64,000 nucleotides of DNA, from the NCBI GenBank assembly GCA_964016885.1, contig OZ024740.1, positions 323,578,001 to 323,642,000 of the forward strand, in the 5' to 3' direction. Origin of the DNA: Eledone cirrhosa (lineage: Eukaryota). Shown here in pieces: positions 29,751-41,665 of this stretch. Below the pieces are notes generated by a model. It was not told the origin of the DNA. It was given only the letters and a program-made list of their open reading frames with translations, and ran no database searches. The first letter of the stretch is position 1. Each line of letters opens with the position of its first letter. The position numbers and the translations under genes were made by a program.

Positions 29751-31507
29751 TTGGTAGATCTAATTGTCAATATCTACATAAATTATAGGATTATTCGCTT
29801 ATGGTAGAAAGAATTATTGCTGCTATTACTAGTAGAAAGAATTTCTGTATTTATCTGATTTACAAAATGTACACCGTATCACTGCATGCCGTTAAGGGTG
29901 ACTAAAAGTGTTGGTGACAAGAAAGCCACCTTACTCTAAAGTATTGCCTCTAAGACTATTCCATTGTTAGTATGAAGCGTATCATGGTGTTCACAAGGTT
30001 AACTTATGTTTTAGAAGGTACGATGACTTTATAACGCTTTTTGTTGCAACAGTAAAGAACTTACAATATTCGACTCTTTATTCTCCGTTCCAGGCTATAC
30101 CTAACAAATAAACACATACAAACTCCCCCCACCAATCCCACCAGCCCCCTTCACACCAGCCACCCTTGTCAGCCCCCTCCACACACATGCACACATCTTT
30201 ACCCCAAACCTCAGTCGAGATTAAGTTTCAATGTATTCACATTTATTTTCTCGTGAGGAAGCAGGTCTCCTGAAAATAAATTAAATATATATTTCATTTA
30301 AAATTCAATTTGTTTTCATCATTTTAGAATTACAATAAGATGTCTAAAAAAAAATAGTCTAAATTAAGTTTCGATATATTTGTATTTTTCTACGAATATT
30401 TTTTCTCGGAATCTGTCTTTCAATGTATTGGATATCATGAAAATAGATCAATTTCTCTTTCAAAGAATTTCTTTTTCGGGAAATATATTTATCGACCAGT
30501 TTGTCTTTCGGGAGGTTTGCCTTAAGGGGAATTTGTTTTCATTGGTTGTCATTATGTTGAATTAGCCACTTCTCCCCCCCTCTCTCTCTCTCAATCTCCC
30601 ACTGTGTGTGTGTGTATATATATATAATTTTTTTTTTAGAAGAACGATGAAGTTTACATATATTTAGCTTTTATTTTGTATCGACCTGTTACGCGCGTTT
30701 CATAGGAGTTATAGACCCAACTCCATTATCGATCTGTTCTTCAGATTGGCGAGAAACAAAAGATATCACAGCAAACACTATATTGTTTGGTGGATCGCCA
30801 GTCTAAAGAGGAGATCGATAATGGAGCCGGGTCCTTCATTTTTATGGGTGACCCTGAGACAATCATCTGTGAATCGCGCGTAACAGGTCGATTCATAATG
30901 AAAAAAATAAATACATATAAACGAAATTTCCTTGATATGTACGTTCTGATTGTGCATCGCGAAACTCGTTTTGGTACCACCACAATTAATTTACTGAATC
31001 ACAGCCGTTTATATGGGGCTAAAGTTAGCTCTACAATAAGGAGCAGTGATACTATTAATAATGAGTTCAAAACTCAGGCAGTTCTTTACAATGAAATAGC
31101 TCAAAGAAAGAAGTATTTCTGAGCCGTGTAATACAAGTTAATATAAATTAATATATTTGATAAACACAAATACCAACATATCTGTGTTTGTATTGTAAAT
31201 GACCAAGTTAGCTAGATTGAAAAATACTAATTATAATAATACAGTTTGCCTGTCTCGATTTAAAATAATAAATCAATAAAAACAAAGCATATTGGCAAAT
31301 GGCCGTGGTACTTGGATAAATTTAAATTTCAAAATCAAACCTGTTCCGTAGACAGGTTTAAACCTTAAAATCCAAATAAGTTTCGAAAAATGAAAAAGTG
31401 AAAAAATATCGCATTTAGATCTCCTCAGCAAGCACTAGAAACATTGGTATGTTTCACTTCAAAATATTTTAAAAGACTGTTTAACGCACATGGTTTTTCA
31501 CACATGG

Positions 31508-31603
<96 letters not shown>

Positions 31604-31684
31604 TTAATATAGATGAGATTCTACAGGATTAGAACTGTTTCATTCTTTAGAATGGTGGTTATCTCCGATTCAACCCAGAATAAC

Positions 31685-31815
<131 letters not shown>

Positions 31816-31820
31816 AAGAA

Positions 31821-31857
<37 letters not shown>

Positions 31858-32044
31858 GAGAGAGAAGTAATATCCTACTGAAACGGTTGGGCTCACCATT
31901 GAAATTCTACCTGTTTACTATAACCATCATGCAGCAAGAACTACCTTGATTTAGGATATTCCTGGTCCCTGCACCATGGACACTATACTACGTTTATATA
32001 TATATATATATGGGATTCTCAAACAGAAAATAATTGTATCAAAG

Positions 32045-32400
32045 TCTTCTTCTTCTTCCACTTCTTCCTGAGAGGGTCGTGGTGGTAGAGTCCTCAATCG
32101 CTCCTTTCAGCGGGTCCTGTCAGAAGCAACCATCTCCAACTGATCAGACTGGAGATCTTGCTCCGGATCTGCTCCTGGGTCTCCAGCCAGTTGGTTTTGC
32201 ATGTAAAATCTACCCACCGTTTCTTTCCCGCGGTATTCTAACCACATACCCATAGTATCGTAGCTGCGATCTCTCAATTCGGAGAAGTAGCGGCTCTACC
32301 TGGAGTGACTCTCTGAACACTCCGAACTATGCACTATATCGAGTAACATTGTTCCAAGACCGTTCGGAGTAAACCCATTCCTGTCGTTCTAACGAAGTCG
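32045..32400 (-). pseudogene. 3' fragment of an RTE-clade LINE with (GAA)n tail
   Basis: Reverse strand encodes PLLLRIERSQLRYYGYVVRIPRER, typical of the RTE C-terminal LRWFGHV region; cttcttcttctt tail at 32046. Confidence 0.7.
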
Positions 32401-33057
32401 ATAGTTATATCTTAGAAAATCAGGTAAGATAGTCCTAGAGATGGCAAAAAACCGCCCACTTTTTACCATCATTAAGCTATTTTACCCGATTCTCTACCCT
32501 ATTATTTTTAACTATCGACTGTAGTTGCAGTTATTTTCTGCGTTTGAGAATCCCACATTTTCAAATCATCCAACGCTTCGGTTATTCGTAACATATATAT
32601 ATATATATATATAATGAGGTGGGGTGGGGGGTGGGGGGGCGATATATATAACCACAAGATCGATATTTACTTTAAAGAATACACCAAGTGAAGATCCCAC
32701 TACAACAGCACAAGTTTTTTTTATATATATATAAACCCTAATTCATTTGACTACCATGAATCTAGTTTTATACAAACCCGATTCTAAAGGTGGCAAAAAA
32801 TCCAAGAACATTCTAACTTTCCAATGGAAAAAACATTTCTTTGGGAATTCGCAGACAAACGAAAGTGACCCTCAATGTATGTTTTCACAAGATAATAAGT
32901 TCTTGCATGAATGGACAGAAGTTCTTTACATCGTACTAGAAATATTCCATCAACTGTGGCATTATTAAATTAACTAAAATCTATCGTCCATTAACACGCA
33001 CCCGAACACATCTGACTATTTGAGAGGTTATCTGGCGCTATTTATCCAATAAGAATG

Positions 33058-33098
<41 letters not shown>

Positions 33099-33201
33099 TG
33101 TATATATATACCCATTCATATGCAATGTATATATATATATATATATATATATAATCTTCTATATATATATATATATTATTTATATATATATATATATTAT
33201 C

Positions 33202-33241
<40 letters not shown>

Positions 33242-33266
33242 ACATATGTGTGTGTGTATGTATGTT

Positions 33267-33301
<35 letters not shown>

Positions 33302-33428
33302 GTATGTATGTATATATATATATGTATATATATATATATGTGTATATATATATATATATATTTAAATATATATGTATTTATATATATATGTATATGTATG
33401 TATATATATATATATATATGTGTGTGTC

Positions 33429-33481
<53 letters not shown>

Positions 33482-33516
33482 CTGTATGTATGTATATATA
33501 TAATTATATATATATA

Positions 33517-33578
<62 letters not shown>

Positions 33579-34037
33579 AGTGTGTGTGTGTGTGTATTAA
33601 TATATGGTAGTTTGCAACCTGTATGATATTTAGCAGTAAATCCAATATGCATTTTACAAATACATTATGATATCTGCGCACTAGTGTGTATTCGGTTTCT
33701 TACTAATAATATGTAATACTCTCATACTGACATGATATAATATATAGATATGATCTGTTAAATTCTATGGGCTGAAATAAAATGTATTACATATAATAAA
33801 AGAGGTTTATTTGTATCAGTACATCTTACAAACAAACCCAAGATATATGGGAGAGGCGGGATCAGTTGATCTTATACACTCCAGTACTTGAACTGGTATT
33901 TTCTTTTTTGTATCGACTCAGGAATAAAATGATAACATTGACCCCCAGTAAAATACTGGAACAAATACCGCAAGGCATCTAGTGAAACGCTCTAACGTCT
34001 CTGCCATTTTGGTGAAAGTTAATACGTAAACAAACCT

Positions 34038-34088
<51 letters not shown>

Positions 34089-34089
34089 C

Positions 34090-34121
<32 letters not shown>

Positions 34122-34124
<3 letters not shown>

Positions 34125-34339
34125 GGCATGTGGGTAAGTAGTTTGAGAATTGGATTCGCAATCGTGAGGTTGTGAGTTCGATTCCTGGACCAGGAGATGA
34201 GTTATGTCCTTGAGGAAGACACTTTGCTCTTTCTACCTGGAATTGCGACCTGGAATTGCGACCGATATATAGTATTACCAATTGGAAAGACCAACGGAAA
34301 CGTCGTTTCCTCGGTCCGATTTGAGGAAAGTCGATCGTT

Positions 34340-34343
<4 letters not shown>
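34122..34343 (+). mobile_element. SINE family B, variant tail shared with the 58987 copy
   Basis: tRNA-like head, gagttcgattcc, tgtccttgaggaagacact; ends in (TA)n. Confidence 0.75.
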
Positions 34344-34407
<64 letters not shown>

Positions 34408-34410
<3 letters not shown>

Positions 34411-35066
34411 TATGTATACGTACATACATATATGTATACAGACGCACAGTAGTATGTATATATATACATACATGCACACATATATATATGTACGTATGGA
34501 TTCACCGAACATTTATTATAGTGCTCGATGTGTTTGTGAATAAACATCCAGTATTAAGCCGTAGTGTCTAGCAACCGTCGTTCCTCATTTGTTCAACACT
34601 GACAAAGGAACGCTGTACTAGTTTTTCCGTTTATCGTTTTCGGTGCGCCCGGCCGATTAACTCACTCGATATGCAAATTTGGCTGCTCAGCCGTTAATGT
34701 GCATAAGGAAAGTATATACTTTCAGACGTTCAATCATCTGGCTGGAAGGTATACGTTGCTGACGATAGCTGATAAGATTGAAACTAGTACATCGTTCCTT
34801 TGTCAGTGTTGAACAAACGAGCAACGATGGTTGCTAGACACTACGGCTTAATACGGGATGTTTGTTTACAAACACACCGAGCACTATAATAAATGTTCGG
34901 TGAATCCATACGTACATATATATATGTGTGTGCATGTATGTATATATATATATATACATACTACTGTACGTCTGTATACATATATGTATGTACGTATACA
35001 TACTCATATTTAAGTAACAGCCGTACTAAGAGTGAGAAATGAAATTTCGTTTCATTTTTTTCCGTT
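34408..35066 (+). mobile_element. About 436-bp HHR unit (family R436) with 5' inverted segment, in (TA)n
   Basis: 34408-34624 is the reverse complement of about 34781-35005; HHR at 34753. Confidence 0.8.
34753..34795 (+). ncRNA. Minimal type I HHR (R436)
   Basis: acgttg-CTGACGA-tagctgataagatt-GAAA-ctag-TA-catcgt. Confidence 0.7.
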
Positions 35067-35082
35067 TATATATATATATATT

Positions 35083-35149
<67 letters not shown>

Positions 35150-35151
35150 AT

Positions 35152-35217
<66 letters not shown>

Positions 35218-35326
35218 CCGCCAAAATGTATACACACATTGATTATGTATTTCTATTTACATTTTCTTACAAAGTATTACTAAAAGACATCTAGCTAAAT
35301 AATACATGCGCAGGCAATATAAATAA

Positions 35327-35376
<50 letters not shown>

Positions 35377-35427
35377 GATGTCCCGAAAATTGTATACACA
35401 CTTCAACAGCATTCTAATATATACATC

Positions 35428-35467
<40 letters not shown>

Positions 35468-36044
35468 TTATATTGCCTGCGCATGTATTATTTAGCTAGA
35501 TGTCTTTTAGTAATACTTTGTAACAAAATGTAAATAGAAATACATTATAGTACAATAGTACATACATAACAATAAACCATATTAATAATTGTGCATGTCT
35601 TATAATAGATTACTACAAAGTGACTATAGATCGCCTTATGCATTCATGTGTGTGAGCTTATGTGTGAGTGTATCAGTACACATATATAAATATAAATATA
35701 TGTATATATGTGTGTATATGTGCGCGTAGGGGGTGCGTGCACATTTTAGTTATAAATTTAATATCCTAGGGTAGGAGAGCACTCAGTCTGTGATAAGAAT
35801 TTGGAATATACCGAAGTAGGGAATATAAATCTTATACGAGAATGCTCATGCAGCGATTTGGCCGTATTTTTAGTAGCTTTTTTTTCTCCTTTTCCATATA
35901 AAGCGTGAAACTAATAAGAGTTTTTGTACCTCTGCTTGTTGTTTCCTTGAACTATATATATGTGTGTGTGTGTATATATATATATATATAATTTAATCCT
36001 CGTTATTTCTATTCATTTTATAATATATATATATATATATATAT

Positions 36045-36257
36045 ATAACGAAGGAAATGTGGTAAGGAACCAGGTGGACCATAACGCACCAAAGTACTCA
36101 ATACTTGAGGTAGTAGAGTGGGTAATAGGAACCAGTAAGACCCCGACAGCTGAGCTCAAGCCGTTTCGACGGCTAATTCCAGACTAAAATCTGATCATTT
36201 TAGTCAAGAATTAGCCGTCGAAACGGCTTGAGCTCAGCTGTCGGGGTCTTACTGGTT

Positions 36258-36262
<5 letters not shown>
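36045..36262 (-). mobile_element. Fold-back element family H, copy 2
   Basis: Inverted arms about 36125-36188 / 36198-36262; (TA)n on both sides. Confidence 0.75.
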
Positions 36263-36324
<62 letters not shown>

Positions 36325-36499
36325 TGGATCGCAGATGAGTCTTCAGTGCAGTAAGAAGCACAAATGAGGGCAGCAGTGTCAAACATTCTCTTTCAGCAAC
36401 AGCCAGCAAAAGAAGAATAGCTATAGAAAGTGTAGCAACAATGGCAGTACTCCTGCATGGTCTCAGCTCATGGGCTTGAACAGGTAAAAAGCTGAAAAA

Positions 36500-36531
<32 letters not shown>

Positions 36532-36606
36532 TATAAGGATAAGGAAGAAGGATTCAGTGTTGCATATTTTATAACTACGGACGCATTTTTCATGCAACTA
36601 TACAGC

Positions 36607-36716
<110 letters not shown>

Positions 36717-37075
36717 CAAATGGCTTAAGAAAAGCTGCCGGCTATTATCTGTGGCTATTCAAATATTTGTTTAACACCAAGTCACCTCAGGTCAAGCAGA
36801 ACTGCGTTGAAAGACATATGAGCTGTGATCATTCTATCCAACTTTAAAAACATTTTTTTTTTTTTTTGAATTCTCTTTATTTTATCTGTGTCCAGGATTC
36901 CACCAGACAAAGAATCGTTCTCCTTTTTTTGAAAAACTCTATCATGTGATTTGTGGAAGATTCGGTTACTATATCTGATAGGTCGAGTGACCACGTAGAA
37001 TGGCAAAAATCTCCTCTGTGCCTTGATAATATACTTATGTTTGAGTGTGGTTGTGGGGCTGCTGGTACGTGTATG

Positions 37076-37130
<55 letters not shown>

Positions 37131-37530
37131 GTGTGTGTGTGTGCGCGTGCATGTATACATATATATATTTCTCTTTCAACCATCCCCACCATCAAAATAA
37201 AAGTAAGGGAATACAACAAACCGAAGACAATCAATATCTATCACACAAAATATTATTACTTACCCTCGAGAATACAATATTTAACACTATAAAACAACGT
37301 CAACCACAAACAAAATTATCCACCAAATACTTCATATCTAATCAACAAAATATTTAAACTGATAACCAGGAAATGAACATAATCGAAAATGAAAACATCT
37401 CAAGGAATAAAATTAAAATTAAAATCAACCCACTATAGTCGTACTAAAATGACAAACTTCATCAGGCCACAACCGCCCTCAGTTGCTCCCAAAATGTTCA
37501 ATCTTTACATTCGTCAGACAACCGTATATA

Positions 37531-38640
37531 TCAGGTTGTTCAGAAAGTAATGCACGTTTTAAACATTAAATTAAAAACAACATATCTCATTCAAGAATAT
37601 ACTTTATTATTGAAATAAAAGTCACAAAAATCTAAATAACTTTGCCAAAAATATACAAGTTTGGTTAATCCGGAATGGCAGGAGACAATGAATTTTTCAA
37701 AAGACTTTTTGCGGTTGGTTGTTTGTTGAAGACTTTTCATTACAAGAAGTCTAAATTCTTGTAAAAGTAGTTGACGATTGGTGATGTTCCGGGGAACATT
37801 TTGGTTGAGGCAACTTTTCATCACCTAATTCTTTAACAACTTGTGGAAAGCTGGTTGTACGTTGTGCGATCGAGCGTTGTCGTGCAAGGGGATTGGACCC
37901 TTTCTATTGACCAATGCTGAACATATATGGGGTAATTCATGATGCGTTTCACCGATTTCGTCAGAATACTTTTCTTCTGTGATTGTTTCATCAGGAAAAC
38001 GTTAGTAAACTTCTTTTGGTGCAACCTCGGCTTTGAGAAGTGTTTAGGAGCATTAACTCGGTCCCCGGGCTCATCTGAGCGTCGCCGGTTGTTGTATAGG
38101 ATCCACCTTGCATCGCATGTCAGAATGTGATCAAGAAATGGGTAGTTTTCGTTGTTTGAAAAAAGGCTGAGATCATTGTACTGGTTTTCATTCGATTCTT
38201 GTGGCACCCATGTTTCAAAATTCTTCAGTTTAAATGCACAGAAATTGTTCCAATTGTTCCATCTAGCTTTCCTGGAAGTTTTTAAACAGTTGTGCGAAGA
38301 TTTGCTTCTAACAAAGCTCTTAATTCATCGTCATGAATGACAGTGTGACGCCTCCGAACTTACCTTCAATATCAACTTCAGCATGACAGACGTTTTGAAA
38401 CCAACGTTGCACTGTGCATTCATTAACACTTTCTATGCTCCAAACTTCATCGATGCTTCTAGCCATTTGTGATCTAATGCGGTTGAGTTTAAACTTATAA
38501 AAATATATTTGGAAAAACCCCTACTTGACATCTTAACTTCAAAGATCTATTAATCATAAATTATATTTTAAATGGATTAAAGAACAAGATGGATATTGAA
38601 ATAATCTCGAAAATGTTATATAATTTTATACGTGTCACGC
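37531..38640 (-). pseudogene. Mariner (Tc1/mariner) transposon relic
   Basis: TCDARWILYNN (mariner TCDEKWI motif), KPRLHQKK, LHDNARSH near 37865-37890; frameshifted; TA-flanked end near 37531. Confidence 0.85.
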
Positions 38641-39284
38641 AAGACATTATTTTTTAAACAATTTTGAAACAAATAAAAAATAAACCTGCATTAAGCTGCT
38701 AATAAACTTATCACCCACGAATAAATGACGCATGAAGGATAATTATCTCCAGTAGTTCATGCAACTTTAAACAATTAATCATCTAAAGCTAACCCTTTAA
38801 ACATTATATCCTATATATAATACCAAATAAAACATTGTAGATAATTCACAAATATTAATGCAAAGAATATATTATACCGCCCCAAAACAAAAGATGTTCA
38901 ACTAATTTAAAAATGAAAAAGATCCTAAACCCTCCTAAACCTTAACTATATCAACACAACCTCAATTAAACATCACGAACCCCAAAAGATTTGCACCTAG
39001 AAAGTTTCCTTCTGCGGCACAATCCCGGGCAAGGTGATTTTAGGGAACACAAGCAGTCGTCCATGCATATCACTCTTCACTTTCCCCGCCGCCGATGTTA
39101 CTCAATGTAAAGGGAAAGGCTGATACAGTTTGGCACCAGTGATGTCACGACTCATTCATACAGCCGAGTAAATTGGGGCAACACAACACATCATCACCAC
39201 ATCACCAGATGCGGGAATCGAACTTACAACCTCACGATTGTGAATGCGACTCTCTAATCACTAAGTCATCCGCCTTATATATAT

Positions 39285-40135
39285 ATAAATGGAAAAAATG
39301 AAACGAAATTTCATTTCTCACTCCTAGTACGGCTGTTACTTAAATATAAGTATGTATACGTACATACATATATGTATACAGACGTACAGTAGTATGTATA
39401 TATATATATATACATACATGCACACACATATATATATGTACGTATGGATTTACCGAACATTTATTATAATGCTCGGTGTGTTTGTAAACAAACATCCCGA
39501 ATTAAGCCGTACAATGTTTAGCAACCACCTTTGCCCTTTTTGCTCAACACTGACAAAGGAACGATGTACTAGTTTCAAGCTTATTAGCTATCGTCAGCAC
39601 CGTATACCTTCCTGCCAGATGATTGAATGTCTGAAAGTATATACTTTCCTTATGCATATTAACGGCTGAGCAGCCTAATTTGCATATCGAGTGAGTTAAT
39701 CGGCCGGACGCACCGAAAACGATAAATGGAAAAAATGAAACGAAATTTCATTTCTCACTCTTAGTACGGCTGTTACTTAAATATAAGTATGTATACGTAC
39801 ATACATATATGTATACAGACGTACAGTAGTATGTATATATATACATACATGCACACATATATATATATGAACGTATGGATTTACCGAACATTTTTTTATA
39901 ATGCTAGGTTGAACATTATAATTATTATCATGCAGTGTTGAACAAAAGAGCAACGATGGTTGCTAAACACTGTACGACTTAATTCGGGATGTTTGTTTAC
40001 AAACAAACAGAGCATTATAATAAATGTTCGGTAAATCCATACGAACATATATATATGTGTGCATGTATGTATATATATATATATATATACATACTACTGT
40101 ACGTCTGTATACATATATGTATGTACGTATACATA

Positions 40136-40140
<5 letters not shown>
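39285..40140 (-). mobile_element. R436 unit, about 1.4 tandem copies plus an inverted segment
   Basis: aaatggaaaaaatgaaacg at 39287 and 39724 (period about 436); 39934-40140 inverted. Confidence 0.8.
39561..39603 (-). ncRNA. Minimal type I HHR (R436)
   Basis: Reverse strand: acggtg-CTGACGA-t-agct-aata-agct-t-GAAA-ctag-TA-catcgt. Confidence 0.75.
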
Positions 40141-40186
<46 letters not shown>

Positions 40187-40191
<5 letters not shown>

Positions 40192-40396
40192 AACGAGTAG
40201 GACCCCGACGGCTGAGCTCAAGCCGTTTCGACGGCTAATTCTGGTCTAAATGCACTTAGTCCAGAATTAGCCGTCGAAACGGCTTGAGCTCAGCCGTCGG
40301 GGTCCTACTCGTTCCTATTACCCACTCTACCACCCTAAGTATTGAGTACTTTGGTGCGTTATGGTCCACCTGGTTCCTTGCCACATTTCCTCCGTT
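40187..40396 (+). mobile_element. Fold-back element family H, copy 3
   Basis: Inverted arms 40187-40249 / 40256-40318; GAAA-cggc..gccg-TC-ggggtc at 40276-40304. Confidence 0.75.
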
Positions 40397-40652
40397 ATAT
40401 ATATATATATATATATATATTTATTTATTTATTTATTTATTTATTTATTAGAATGCTGTTGAAATGTGTATACATTTTTGAGACACCCTATATATAAATG
40501 TATTTATATGTATATAAGAATTAAAATACTAGAGTGTGTTGGAGTAAAACACACTCGTCGTACTATAGAAATGACAGTATAGGGTATAGCTCAACAGAGC
40601 CGAAAAATTATAAAAACAGACAAAGAAGCCTTCAATACATCAAAAGTCTTTA

Positions 40653-40700
40653 TTAGCCTACAATGTTTCGTCCCATTAATCAGGACTCATCAGGGCAAGT
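40653..40700 (-). ncRNA. Type I HHR with canonical G-C stem II
   Basis: Reverse strand: gcc-CTGATGA-gtcc-tgattaatg-ggac-GAAA-cattg-TA-ggc. Confidence 0.8.
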
Positions 40701-40868
40701 AAACAGATAAGAAGCATTAACGGCCAGCATTAACGGCCAGAACTAGTCCACACTTTTAGCTTTAGCATGCTTTTCCTTCATATCTCTCATAAGCTTTCAT
40801 GGATATGAATTCCCTATTCTTCTGAGTTTTGGTTAGTTCTGGCTGTTAATGCTTCTTATCTGTTTACT

Positions 40869-40913
40869 TTCCCTGATGAGTCCTGATTAATGGGACGAAA
40901 CATTGTAGGCTAA
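40869..40913 (+). ncRNA. Type I HHR (inverted partner copy; weaker stem I)
   Basis: CTGATGA 40873-40879, GAAA 40897-40900, GUA site after 40907. Confidence 0.7.
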
Positions 40914-41124
40914 TAAAGACATTTGATGTATTGAATGCTTCTTGGTCTATTTTTATAATTTTTTATAATTTTTTTATAATTTTTATAATTTTATATGTAT
41001 ATATATCACATTGATCACCTTGACCGAGTAGTCTGTCGGGGGGCCGACCGGCGCCGCTGGTCACAGCACGTCGTGCTGTTTTAGCTATAAGATTACGCCA
41101 TCCCACTGGCTGGGCGGGCAGGCC

Positions 41125-41178
<54 letters not shown>

Positions 41179-41356
41179 CATTTAATTACGTAATAAACAA
41201 CACAATATAATAATTCCATTGCCAAAGCTTTCAAGAAACTAGACGATTCTTATAGAAATGTCCAGCCCGTTCATCAGATAAAATAGCTCTGTACAATACA
41301 TAGAGCACTCTTCTTTCCTTTACCTGTTCTACGGAAATACTTTATATATATATATA

Positions 41357-41632
41357 AAGTCTAAAGTCTGTCTTAAGCCAGAAGGCTCATTTGGCCGGTG
41401 CTTATCCCGGTTTCATGGCATGAAGCGACTGAGAGTACAAGACTCCCCCCTGGACAGGACGCCAGTCCATCGCAGGATTAAACGTCCATCTATTGCTCAT
41501 TTTCAGCTGAGTATACCGGAGCAACGTGAAATGAAGTGTTTTGCTCAAGAACACAATACGTAACCCAAGAATCGAACCGACGACATTATGATCGTAAGTT
41601 CAACACTCTTACCACTAGGCCACGTGCCTCCA
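41357..41632 (-). mobile_element. SINE family B (CORE-like), full length
   Basis: Reverse strand: ggaggcacgtggcctagtggtaagag...ggttcgattc...gtgttcttgagcaaaacacttc. Confidence 0.75.
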
Positions 41633-41665
41633 CATATATATATATATAAATATATATGTATATAT

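Larger units (their letters stand above)
40604..40962. mobile_element. Inverted pair of HHR-bearing pLTR-like arms
   Basis: 40604-40745 is about the reverse complement of 40833-40962; each arm has CTGATGA-gtcc..ggac-GAAA-cattg-TA-ggc. Confidence 0.8.

Noticed and set aside
41213-41284. Minus-strand HHR-like motif (attttat-CTGATGA...GAAA-gctttggc-a-atggaat)
   Set aside because: The cleavage-site U is missing and stem II depends on many G-U pairs; at best a dead relic.
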